A DNA stretch of 64,000 bases from Scyliorhinus canicula (taxonomy: Eukaryota), in contig NW_024055744.1 in NCBI RefSeq assembly GCF_902713615.1, positions 470,593-534,592 on the forward strand. The letters run 5' to 3'. The position numbers were made by a program, and so were the translations under genes. The notes beneath the pieces were generated by a model. The model ran no database searches and had not been told where the DNA came from. It worked only from the letters and a program-made list of their open reading frames with translations. Positions 1-10,571 of the stretch are shown here, piece after piece. How positions within the stretch are numbered: position 1 is the first letter of the stretch; every line of letters begins with the position of its first letter.

Positions 1-275
1 TGTGCCGAGCAATGATCACCCTACTTAAACCCATGTAACCCGTATACCCGTAACCCAACAATCCCCCCCATTAACCTTACACTACGGGCAATTTAGCATG
101 GCCAATCCACCTAACCCGCACATCTTTGGACTGTGGGAGGAAACCGGAGCACCCGGAGGAAACCCATGCACACACGGGGAGGACGTGCAGACTCCACACA
201 GACAGTGACCCAGCCGGGAATCGAACCTGGGACCCTGGAGCTGTGAAGCATTGATGCTAACCACCATGCTACCGT
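1..275 (-). mobile_element. HE1-type (tRNA-derived V-SINE) shark SINE, young subfamily, truncated by window edge
   Basis: Reverse complement reads ...GGTAGCATGGTGGTTAGCATCAATGCTTCACAGCTCCAGGGTCCCAGGTTCGATTCCCGGCTGGGTCACTGTC...GGATTGGCCATGCTAAATTGCCC; near-identical to the copy at 54365-54720. Confidence 0.85.
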
Positions 276-287
276 GAGACTGTAGAG

Positions 288-790
288 TCAGCCATGTTTG
301 TGTGATGTACAGTCTATCATGTTTGTGTGATATACTGTCTGCCACATTTGTGTGATGTACAGTCTACCATGTTTGTGTGATATACTGTCTGCCATGTTTG
401 TGTGATGTAGTCTGCCATGTTTGTGTGATGTACAGTTTGCCATGTTTGTGTGATGCAGTCTGCCGTGTTTGTGTGATGTACAGTCAGCCAGGTTTATGTG
501 ATGTACAGCCTCCCATTTTTGTGTGATGTACAGTCAGCCAGGTTTGTGTGATATACAGTCTGCCATGTTTGTGTGATGTACAGTCTGCCATGTTTGTGTG
601 ATGTTGTCTGCCATGTTTGTGTGATGTACAGTCAGCCAGGTTTATGTGATGTACAGCCTCCCATTTTTGTGTGATGTACAGTCAGCCAGGTTTGTGTGAT
701 ATACAGTCTGCCATGTTTGTGTGATGTACAGTCTGCCATGTTTCTGTGATGTAGTCTGCCATGTGTGTGCGACGTGCAGTGGGCCATACT
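288..790. repeat. ~23-26 bp minisatellite (GCCATGTTTGTGTGATGTACAGTCT)n
   Basis: About 20 directly visible tandem monomers with variants. Confidence 0.95.
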
Positions 791-2496
791 TGATAGACAT
801 ACAATTCGCCATGTTTGGGTGACGCATAGTTGGCCGTGTTTGGTAATGTTCTCTTGTTTCCAATTGCCCTTTCCTGTTCTCCGAGCCTGGCTGTAATATT
901 GATCTTCCTTCCCAGCTGCCCCCCCCCCCCCCTCACCCCCTCCCCATCTGTATTAGTTTCAGGGAACCTTTGAGGGCGGAATGTTTGGAGAGTTTATTTG
1001 ATCAGTGGTCATGGGTTGGAGACAGTTACACACCGTTAATACATTTCACGAGTTAGTGACTATGAGTTTTCAAACAAGTACCAAGCACAGAGCGGGCCTT
1101 TCCCGTTTCCCTTCTTATTTACTCCTCGAACCACGATTTCCCATCATACCCGCCTTTTATCGTCTTTCTCGTTACTCAGTTGGGACTCAACGCCATGTTC
1201 TGCCTTGTTCCAGTTAACCTGATGAATATTTCAGAGCTGCTTACGGGGAGGCGGTGGCGTCGTGGTATTGTCAATGAACAGAAACCCAAAATAGTCACCT
1301 GCCTACTTGTGAACCCAGATTCTAATCCCGCCACTGCAGATGTGATCTATGGGAATCTATGCAGAATAGATCTATTCTATGGTGAAATTTGAATTCAATA
1401 GAAATGGTGTTATTTAATGATGGTCATGAAATGTCCGGTTTCAGACAAACATTAATCGACGGGTTTCATTTTATATTTGGGAATGGGACCCATATTCACC
1501 CCCGATAAGGCCCCGAGGTTGCTACGATGGCGGAAAAATATCACATCTAACTGACAATATTACAATATGAATTTAAATGAAAATGTTCAGTGTACTTCTG
1601 TCACCGTCAGTAATCAGACTGAGGGAGTTGACAGGAAGGTGCCTTTGCGAACATTCTGCGAGGAACCTAAATGGGAAGATCCCTTCTCGTCACTTTAGAA
1701 ATTTCTGAATTTCCTCTGTTCTCTGTTGGCGAGAATGCAGAAGTTACGCAATGATTTGAAAAAATGTCGTCTCATTACAGCCGTAAATCGCAAGTTATTT
1801 ATTTTGTGTATGCTTTCCCGGCCAGGAAGAACATTAGATAACCCGCAATTCTTCGAAGTTCTGGAAAACCAAATCTAGTCCACTCAATCCCTCCTCATAG
1901 AAAAATTGTTTCATGCAAGGAAAACATCCAGTGAACCATTGTTGCGCTCGTTGGACGCCAAGTAAGACTACATTACCTCAGGAGGATAAAACTGCATACA
2001 CAACTCAGATATTAGCTCACCGATTCTCTGCCTAATTTGAATAACACGTCTTTATCTTATCCATTAATGCATTCGTTATTAAAACTAATTGACAATTTGC
2101 CTTCCCAATTATTTCATCTCTCTGCCTGTTAACTTGCTGTGATTCAATAATAAGGTTACACAGGTCCAACTGAATGAAAATGTTTTCCCTTCTCCCATCA
2201 TTCAAGACCTAATGCTGTCATGAGTTTTCCTTCCATGGTCAATAACGCCACACTTTGTTACACGGCATTCAATCTGCCTGTTCATTCAAACCTATATATT
2301 GCTCAAAATCCCATTCGTCCTTGTCATTTGCACCGAACATTTTCCAAAGCGGCAAAGAAAAAAACTGGAGAATCCACACATTGACAGATCAATAATCGAA
2401 AGGTTGAACTGCTGAACGATCTTGCTGCTGTTCAGCAGTTTATCCTTGCATTTTTCGAGTAGTCATTTACATTATCCCTGAGAAAAATGTTGTTGA

Positions 2497-3472
2497 CACA
2501 TAGAGGTCACTCAGCCATATGTTACAATCCCAGTTGATGTCATACCTCGAAGGGACGAGTCTAGATTTGGATCCAAATGAATTGAGTCTTGAAATTATTC
2601 TAAAAGAATCACCTCTCTCAGGGCTTCATATATTTTCTCTGTCTTTAACACCCGTATCCAATGATCAAATGTATTTTGCTTCACCCTCTCGAATTGCAGA
2701 TGGGTTTGTCCTGTTTCTTGCTTTTCGAAATTTCTGCCGATCTCCCTCAGGAACCAACACATATGCACTAAAGGATAGCTTTATTTACTACATCACAATC
2801 TACAGATACCTCTTCTGACAATGATGCATACGGCTCACTGGGTTGACCTAACAATCTACTTTGTAAATGTAATGTCCACATTTCGTTTGGCCATTTCATC
2901 TGTTCGGGTACCTTTTCAAATGAAATACTGAAAGCGTCCACATCCTTTTCCTCAAATAGTGCAAGAGCGTGTTTAAATGTAAGCATTTTCCCACAAAGTT
3001 CAGGTCTACAATTAATATCTTCCTCAGCCTCTAGTGTCTCTTCCTTCCCTTCCTCCACTTCAAATTGAAAATGTCTCCCTTCCTTGGGGCAAAATAGCAC
3101 TTAACCTGTTTTGGAAATCTGCAGAGTTACGTGTGACCCACGACCGATATCAATATTCAGTAAAATTCGAAATTCCCCCAGTATATTCGATGTACAAGAA
3201 CCGATCTGAGTTCCTGTAGGTTGTCGAGAAATGACAGTCAATGGTTATCCTCTGTCCATCACAAACCGTTAATTCAGGTTAATTCTGGGATACAGAACTC
3301 CCCTGTTTCTTGCCCCCTCCTCCAGCCCCGTTCCTGTAACACAAGCGCAGAATCGTTCAGTGTATTGAATGGAGAGAGTAGATACAAGATCTAGATGGCA
3401 CACTAACTGTTTCAACATAGACTCACTACACAGCAAGACCAATAGTACCAATAAGGGACATGGGGAGTATGT
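2497..3472 (-). pseudogene. TRAV/TRDV-like: TCR alpha/delta-type V pseudogene (leader + V exon) interrupted by a Gypsy fragment
   Basis: 46-bp leader 3472-3427 ([ACA]YSPCPLLVLLVLLC, start codon lost) with GTGAGT donor; 93-bp intron ending TTACAG. V exon reads GSSVSQN*PELTVCDGQRITIDCHFSTTYRNSDRFLYIEYTGGISNFTEY*YRSWVTRNSADFQNRLSA to 3096, with a probable continuation NLDSSLRGMTSTGIV..WLSD from 2567. No RSS found. Confidence 0.7.
2568..3095 (-). mobile_element. Gypsy (Gmr1-like, SCAN-type) gag fragment, frameshifted, no LTR
   Basis: ALFEEKDVDAFSISFEKVPEQMKWPNEMWTLHLQSRLLG...SLSEEVSVDCDVVNKAIL/AYVLVPEGDRQKFR/FERVKQNTFDHWIRVLK...EALREVILLE*F matches the vertebrate Gypsy gag/SCAN region. Confidence 0.8.
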
Positions 3473-4055
3473 TGTGTCTGGTTGACAGTTCGGCAGAAAA
3501 TAATAGAATATTCTAAATATGCTGATCGTTCTCGTATGAAATTAAAATGTAGCTCGCATCAGGATCAGGCTTCACTTCACTTATTGAGAAACTGGGGGAC
3601 CTTCCTCAGGGACAGCGTTGGCTGATTTGTTGTTGCTGTCGACATTTTGGTACCAATCAGTGAGAGCTCTAAACAATTACTTTTTGGATTTTCCTCTTTT
3701 TCTCTTTGCCTTTGTCAGCATGTCTCACTCCGTATACTATTTATCTAATTATCCGAATAAATACACTTGTGAATAATAATCGAACTTTTGGTACAACAGA
3801 CAGGGTAATTTGAAAATGCAGTGGTTTCCCCGGTGCACCGGCAGATTGTCTTTCCAATGCCTCCTGCAGCAACCAATGAACTTTGACACAGATTTCAACA
3901 TAAATTGCCAAAGCTAAATAATTTCCACTTAAGGTTCATGATTAGTATTGTGTCATTCGCCTATATTTTTATCACTTAAATCCCAATGAGCTTAATTCGC
4001 GCAAATTTGGTATTTTGAATTTAATACATTTATTGAACAATTAGAATTTGGATTG

Positions 4056-4270
4056 GCAGGCGGCATGGTGGTGCAATGGTTGGCACTGATGCCTTCACCG
4101 CTGAGGACCCGGATTCGATCCCGGCCCCAGGTCACTGTTTGTGTGGAGTTGCACATTCTCCCCGTGTCTGCCTGGATTTCATCTCACAGCTCAAAGATGT
4201 GCAGGTTAGGCGGAGAGGCCACGCTAAATTGCCCCTTAATTGGAAAAAATAATTGGGTATTCTGAATTTA
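4056..4270 (+). mobile_element. HE1-type SINE (short variant)
   Basis: GGCAGGCGGCATGGTGGTGCAATGGTTGGCACTG...GGATTCGATCC (A/B boxes) ...GCTAAATTGCCCCTTAATTGG. Confidence 0.8.
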
Positions 4271-4756
4271 TTTTTAAAATTTCGGAAATTGGCTCAGATG
4301 GTGTGAACGACCACCTGTTTTGACTGCCTTGGTATAAACAGCACAGAGTGCTAAAATTTAGTCTATTCAACGACACAGTTCGCGCTTAATTCTGTATTGT
4401 GTTCGGTGGCTTGGGAAATCGGACTGAAACACTGCTCATCCTCGGTTTTATCCCCACCATTTGCCTCTGCACAGAACACTAAGTAACAGAGGGTACAATA
4501 ATTTCCTGTACCCATTGCAAAGACATAGAACATAGAACACAGAAAAATACAGCACAGAACAGGCCCTTCGGCCCACAATGTTGTGCCAAACTTTTGTTCC
4601 TAGATTATGAACAAATTAATCTACACTCCATCATTCAGCATGATTTCTTTGCAGCGCAGCGCAGACGGCGGGATTCATTCACATTGGGGTTGCTTTGAGA
4701 AGCTGAGCTCACACTGCAGGGAACCAATACGTTCCCTAGAAAACCAAGACATTTTA

Positions 4757-5090
4757 GGGGCAGCAGGGTAGCATGGTGGTTAGCATAAATGTTTCACAGC
4801 TCCAGAGTCCCAGGTTCGATTCCCGGCTGGGTCACTGTCTGTGTGGAGTCTGCACGTCCTCCCCCTGTGTGCGTGGGTTTCCTCTGGGTGCTCCAGTTTC
4901 CTCCCACAGTCCAAAGATGTGCGGGTTAGGTGGATTGGCCACCTAATTGCCCGTAGTGTCCTAATAAAAGTAAGGTTAAGGTGGGGGTTGTTGGGTTACG
5001 GGTATAGGGTGGATACGTGGGTTGAGTAGGGTGATCATGGCTCGGCACAACATTGAGGGCCGAAGGGCCTGTTCTGTGCTCTATATTCTA
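4757..5090 (+). mobile_element. HE1-type SINE with CR1-derived tail
   Basis: Full head, core and tail GGCTCGGCACAACATTGAGGGCCGAAGGGCCTGTTCTGTGC. Confidence 0.85.
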
Positions 5091-5094
5091 CCGT

Positions 5095-7770
5095 AATTCA
5101 TGAACCTATCCAATAGCCACTTGAAGGTCCCTAATGTTTCTGACTCAAATACTTCCACAGCCAGTGCATTCCATGCCCCCACTACTCTCTGGGTAAATAA
5201 CCATCTGATATCCCCCCCAAAATCTTCCACCATTCACCTTAAGTTTATGTCCCCATGTAATGGTTTGTTCCACCCGGGAAAAAGTATCTGACTGTCTACT
5301 TTATCTCTTCCCCTGATCACCTTATAAACCTCTATCAGGTCGTCCCTCATCCTTCTCCGTTCTAATGAGAAAAGGCCGAGCATCCTCAACCTTTCCTCGT
5401 AAGACCTACTCTCCATTCCAGGCAACATCCTGGTAAATCACCTTTGCACCTTTTCCAAGGCTTCCATGACCTTCCTAAAATGAGGCGACCAAAACTACAC
5501 AGAGTACTCCAGATGTGGCCTTACCAAGGTTTTGTACAGCTGCATCATCACCTCACGGCTCTTAAATTCAATCCCTCTGCTAATGAACGGTAGCGCACCG
5601 TAGGCCTTCTTCACAGCTCTATCCACTTGAGTGGCAACTTTCAAAGATCTATGAACATAGACCCCAAGATCTCTCTGCTCCTTCACTTTGCCAAGAACCC
5701 TTCCATTAACACTGTATTCCACATTCATATTTGTCCTTCCAAAATGGACAACCTCACACTTTTCAGGGTTAAACTCCGTCTGCCACTTGTCAGCCCTGCT
5801 CTGCATCCTATCTATGTCTCTTTGCAGCCAACAACAGCCCTCCTCACTATCCAGAACTCCACCAATCTACGTATCGTCTGCAAATTTACTGACCCACCCT
5901 TCAACTCCCTCATCCAAGTCATTAATGAAAATCAGAAGCAGCAGAGGGCCCAGAACTGATCCCTGCAGTACGCCACTGGTAACTAGGCTTGAGGCTGAAT
6001 ATTTGCCATCCACCACCACTCTCTGAACAAGGTGACTGCTCTTTTCCTATTTCATACTTCTACCCATACTACCTCAGTATGCAGATCCTCCTCAAACTGC
6101 CTTTCTGCAGCTGTTATACTATCTCTAATTAACAATGCAACCCCCCACCTCTGTTACCATCCTCCCTAATCTTATTGAAACATCAATAACCTGGAACCTT
6201 CATCAACCATTTCTGCCCCTCATCTATCCAGGTTTCCGTGATGGCCACCACATCGTAGTCACAAGTACCGACCCATGCCTTAAGTACACCCACCTTATTC
6301 CTGATGCTTCTTGAGTTGAAGAATACACGCTTCAACTCATCTCCGTGCCTGAAAGTACTCTCCTTTGTCAGTGTTACCTTCCCCAATGCGTCACTACACG
6401 CTTTGACATCCTGAACATCGGCTACCTTAGTTGCTGGACGACAGTTCCCATTCCCCTGCCAAAACAGTTTCAACCCTCCCGAAGAGTGCTAGAAAACCTC
6501 CGTCCCAGGATATTGGTGCCCCTCTGGTTCTGATGCAACCCCTCCTGCTTGTACAGATCCCACCTTCCCCAGAATGCGCTCCAATTATCAAAGCATCTGA
6601 AGCCCTCCCTCCTCCACCATTCCTGCAGCCACGTGTTCAACTGCACTCTCTCCCTATTCCTAGCTATCACGTGGCACCAGCAACAAACCAGAGATGTCAA
6701 CTCTGCCTGTCCTGGCTTTTAACTTCCAGCCTAACTCCCTAAACTCGTTTATTACCTGCACACCACTTTTCCTACCTACGTCGTTGATACCAATTTGCAC
6801 CACGCCGTCTGGCTGCTCCCCCTCCCCCTTAAGGATCCTGAAGACACGATCCGAAACATCCCTGGCCCTGGCACCCGGGAGGCAACATACCTTCCGGGAG
6901 TCTCGCTCGCGACCACAGAATCTCCTGTTCCCCTACCCATTGAGTCTCCAGTCACTATTGCTTTTGTATTCTCCCACCTTCCCTTCTGAGCCCCTGAGCC
7001 AGACTCAGTGCCAGAGACCTGGCCGCTAGGGCCATCCCCCGGTAGGTCATCCACCCCAAACAGAATCCAAAACGGTATACTTGATTTGAAGGGGAACATC
7101 CACGAGGGGTCCCTGCACTGTCTACCCGTTTGTTTCCTTTCCCCTGACTGTAACCCAGTTACTCTTATCCTGTACCTTGGGTGTGGCTACATCCCTGTAA
7201 CTCTTCTCTATTACCCCCTAGACACCCCAGATGATCCGAAGTTCATCCAGCTCCAGTTCACTAACAAAGCGTCTGAGGAGCTGGAGTTGGGTGCACTTCC
7301 CGCAGGTATAGTCATCGGGGACACCGGTGGTATCCCTCACCACCCACATCCTACAGGGGGAGCATGCAACTACCCTAGCCTCCATCCCCTCTTACCTTAC
7401 AGAATACAGCTGCACTGTGGACCAACTGGAACTCCGCCCTCCGACTCTGCTTCCAGTCAGCTACACTCTCTGTAAACTCCGGGCTCCCTTCACGTTCTGA
7501 GGAAATGTAGGAAATTAAATGAAAGGAGCAGCTGACTACCTCCTCACCTAACTCCCTTAGTTATCAAACTCTCACGAGAGCACTCAAATGCAGCCAAATT
7601 CAGCACTCGTCTGCACTGTAACTAGCTCAAATTTATACTGTGACTCGAGCCTCTGAAAACTGACCTAATCCAATTAACTAATTAACAAGCTCCAGCTGCA
7701 AGTAGCTACAAGTAGAACCTTTGTTTAAAGCTGATTGAAAATTCACCATCTTCTCAACCAAACAGCAATG
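5095..7770 (-). mobile_element. CR1 LINE, 5' end to 3' region, with a large internal ORF2 deletion
   Basis: ORF1 zinc finger/leucine zipper (MEARVVACSPCRMW...YTCGKCTQLQLL...ELELDELR, ~7385); esterase (AIVTGDSM, VCCWCHV); AP endonuclease start (FFNSRSIRNKVGVLKAWVGTCDYDVVAITETW); then directly the RT C-half (RVVVDG...QGSVLGP...SKFADDT...KCEVVHFG...LVRPHLEY). Confidence 0.9.
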
Positions 7771-8419
7771 TTTGGCTTCTCTGAACTTGTCAAAAAATGA
7801 TAAAAATTCCCACCCGGTTGCTGTAACCAATACTTATATAGTTGGCTTATGGTCTGCTGGTGCAAATTCTAATTTCAGGGAACACCACTGAGCTGAGCAT
7901 ATGTCAACTGTACAATCAGCTGTTACGGGAAGCAATTGAACATTTCTCAGTCTCTCCATGTCTGTCAGTGAATGGCTCTGTAATGCAACAGACGCAGGAG
8001 GAATCTGCACGCAGGTTACGGCATCAATCATTGGCAAAGCTGCTGCTGTTGACTGAGTGGGCTTGGAATGAATACGGTGAGCCTCCTGTAATACACCAGA
8101 AGTGAGAGGGCGAGAAGGCTATGAGCAGCTTTACATCCACCTGCAAGTTTATTTTACCATATCATCTGAACGATGATGCCTCCAATGGTTAATTTTGTGC
8201 TCATGTCTATAGACTGGAGTATAAACCCATGACCTGCTAATTTTGAAGTAAAAGTGCTACCTACTGAGTCACAGCTGACTGGAGGGCCATTGTTATCTTT
8301 GCTGGGAGAGAAGAATTACTGATGCCGTTGACCCACAGTAAAGATTGCTGTAACAAGTACAGAAGCAGAGTAAAGTGCAATTAATAAAAGCAAAATATCG
8401 TGAATGCTGGAAGTCTAAA

Positions 8420-8535
8420 ATAAAAATCAGAAAACTGGAAATACTTAGCAGGTCTGACAGCATCTGTGGAGGGAGAAACTGATAACATTTCACATTGAAT
8501 ACGACTTTTCTTCAGAAATGAAGGAAAGTAAAAAT
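8420..8535. repeat. Shark dispersed repeat (GGAAATACTTAGCAGGTCTGACAGCATCTGTGGAG...), probable Penelope-type terminal repeat relic
   Basis: Related inverted copies at ~31940-32070 and ~36890-37010; degenerate hammerhead-like core on the minus strand at 8483-8515. Confidence 0.5.
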
Positions 8536-8820
8536 TATAGAACAGAATCCCTACAGCGGAGGAGGCCAATTGGCCCATCGCGTCTGCACCGACCACCCGA
8601 AAGAGCACACCACCAAGTCCCATGCCCCCACCCCTTCCCCGTAACCCAATAACCCCATCTAACCTTTAACCACTAATGGGCAATTTAGCACGGCCAATCC
8701 ACCCGACCTGCACATCCCCGGACGGCGGGAGGAAAACTGAACACCCGGAGGAAACCGACGCAGACACGGGGAGAACGCGCAGACCCTGCACAGTCACCCA
8801 AGGCGGAATCGAACCCGCTC
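8535..8820 (-). mobile_element. HE1-type SINE
   Basis: GGGCAATTTAGCACGGCCAATCCACCCGACCTGCACATC core in reverse orientation. Confidence 0.8.
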
Positions 8821-10027
8821 CCCCCCCCCCCCCCTATTATATGGACAAATAATAGAACGATACCAAGATAAGTGAATTAATTTATTATTCCCTTATCCAC
8901 GAATACTTTATTTAATTATCCTTCCATATATAATTATATTTGTTTTGTTCCTGATTTGGCAGTTTTGCGTTGTGAGCTAGAGGGATTTCGGATTTCGTGT
9001 TGTCGGGGACCTTTTGGACAAAGCATTTCACTTTATCACCACATCTCGATCGCCTTTAGAAAATCTGTATTCTAATACAGACAGGTCTCCAAATGAATTC
9101 CCGATTGTCCGTCCTGCCATTCAGAGATAACATTCAGTGGTTTGAAGTATGTGTGCACCTGGACAAAGCTCCAGCATTCTTATTGGTTTAATAGTCAGAT
9201 GTTGCTGTGTACTACAGTGCAGTAAGACAAGGGAAAAAGCCACGCAGTCTGTGGTTTTGGTGCCGTAGTAATCATGCCACTAAGTTAGTCGAATGAAATT
9301 TAAAATAGGAAGCTAAATTCAGTGATTGTAATCGTGAAAACTGTCACCTTTATGTCCATAAACGCCTAACTGATTCATTTGTGCCCTTTATAGAAGGAAA
9401 TCTGTCACTCTGAACTGGGCTGACTTAAATCTGACTCAACATGTGGTTTTTCTACTGCCCGCTGAAATAACCGAGCAAGTAAAATCTTCAACAAACATAA
9501 TTAAATGTGAACCGTGTTATTTAATAGAATCAAATATAATTTCACAGTTTTTTTAAAAATTGCAATTACATTTCTCTCAATTTCACACAAAATCAGAGCT
9601 CGTCGAAACAGTATTCGGCCCCGTTGTAGCTGCCCTGGCAGTTTTTGCCGCTGAAAGCAGAGGGAGAATTTCCCTGCAGCTGTTTCCTGCTCTATCTGCC
9701 ATTGAAGTATTTTATGGGACAGTGCAGTGGAACTTTATTAGGTAACTAAGACGTGTGCGCTACTGATTGGGCAGTGAGGGGGGAGATATTTTGTTGTGTA
9801 ATATATGTATAGTCCCTGCCCTGAAACTGTTTGATAGGGCAAAGAAAGCCGATTTCGCTTCGTATCGATAAAATTTCGTTCCTTATTGATACGTTTCTTT
9901 CTTTATTTCCTGCCGCGCTCTCTTGCTATCTATGACCATTTGCCTCCGTGTGCTCTTTGCAAGTACATAGATAGTCTGCAAGCCGTTTTCTGTGTTCAAC
10001 TGGAGGATTGTGAACATTGTGTTTTGG

Positions 10028-10335
10028 GCAGCAGGGCAGCATTGTGGTTAGCTTCACAGCGCCAGGATCCCAGGTTTGATTCCTGTTTGGGTAACTGTCT
10101 GTGCGGAGTCTCCCCGTGGCTGCGTGGTTTTCCTCCGGGTGCTCGGGGTTCTTCCCACAGTCCAAAGTTGTGCTGGTTAGGTGGATTGGCCATGCTAAAT
10201 TGCCCTTAGCTAGATAGGGATACTGCGTTACGGGGACAGGGTGTAGGTGTGGGCTTAAGCAGGGTGCTCTTTCCAAGAGCCGGTGCAGACGCGATGGGCC
10301 GAATGACCTCCCTCTGCACTGTAAATTCTATGAAA
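10028..10335 (+). mobile_element. HE1-type SINE
   Basis: GGGCAGCAGGGCAGCATTG...GGATTGGCCATGCTAAATTGCCC...GCACTGTAAATTCTATG. Confidence 0.85.
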
Positions 10336-10571
10336 TAATAGAGCATAATTCCACATAAAGTAAAAATAATGCTGTTGGCTTCAGTATGGTTAATAGACAA
10401 TGTTTGTTCAGTGACTGTACTAAAGTCGGTCTCGATAGACCACGCTTGTGTCCACAGAGGGTTTTCCTTCTCTATTAATAAGGAAAACTTGCGATGTGCC
10501 ATTCCACAATGTGGGTGAGGGCATCACCTCCAGGACGAACAGGGATCGAACACTCGACAGAGAGGCTGAAA

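Noticed and set aside
82-345. Recurrent short ORFs ending GGLAMLNCP (also at 9886, 54014 and 54381)
   Set aside because: Translations of the HE1 SINE core, not genes.
7842-8105. 87-aa ORF with an exon-like AG...GTGAGC frame
   Set aside because: No recognisable homology or partner exons.
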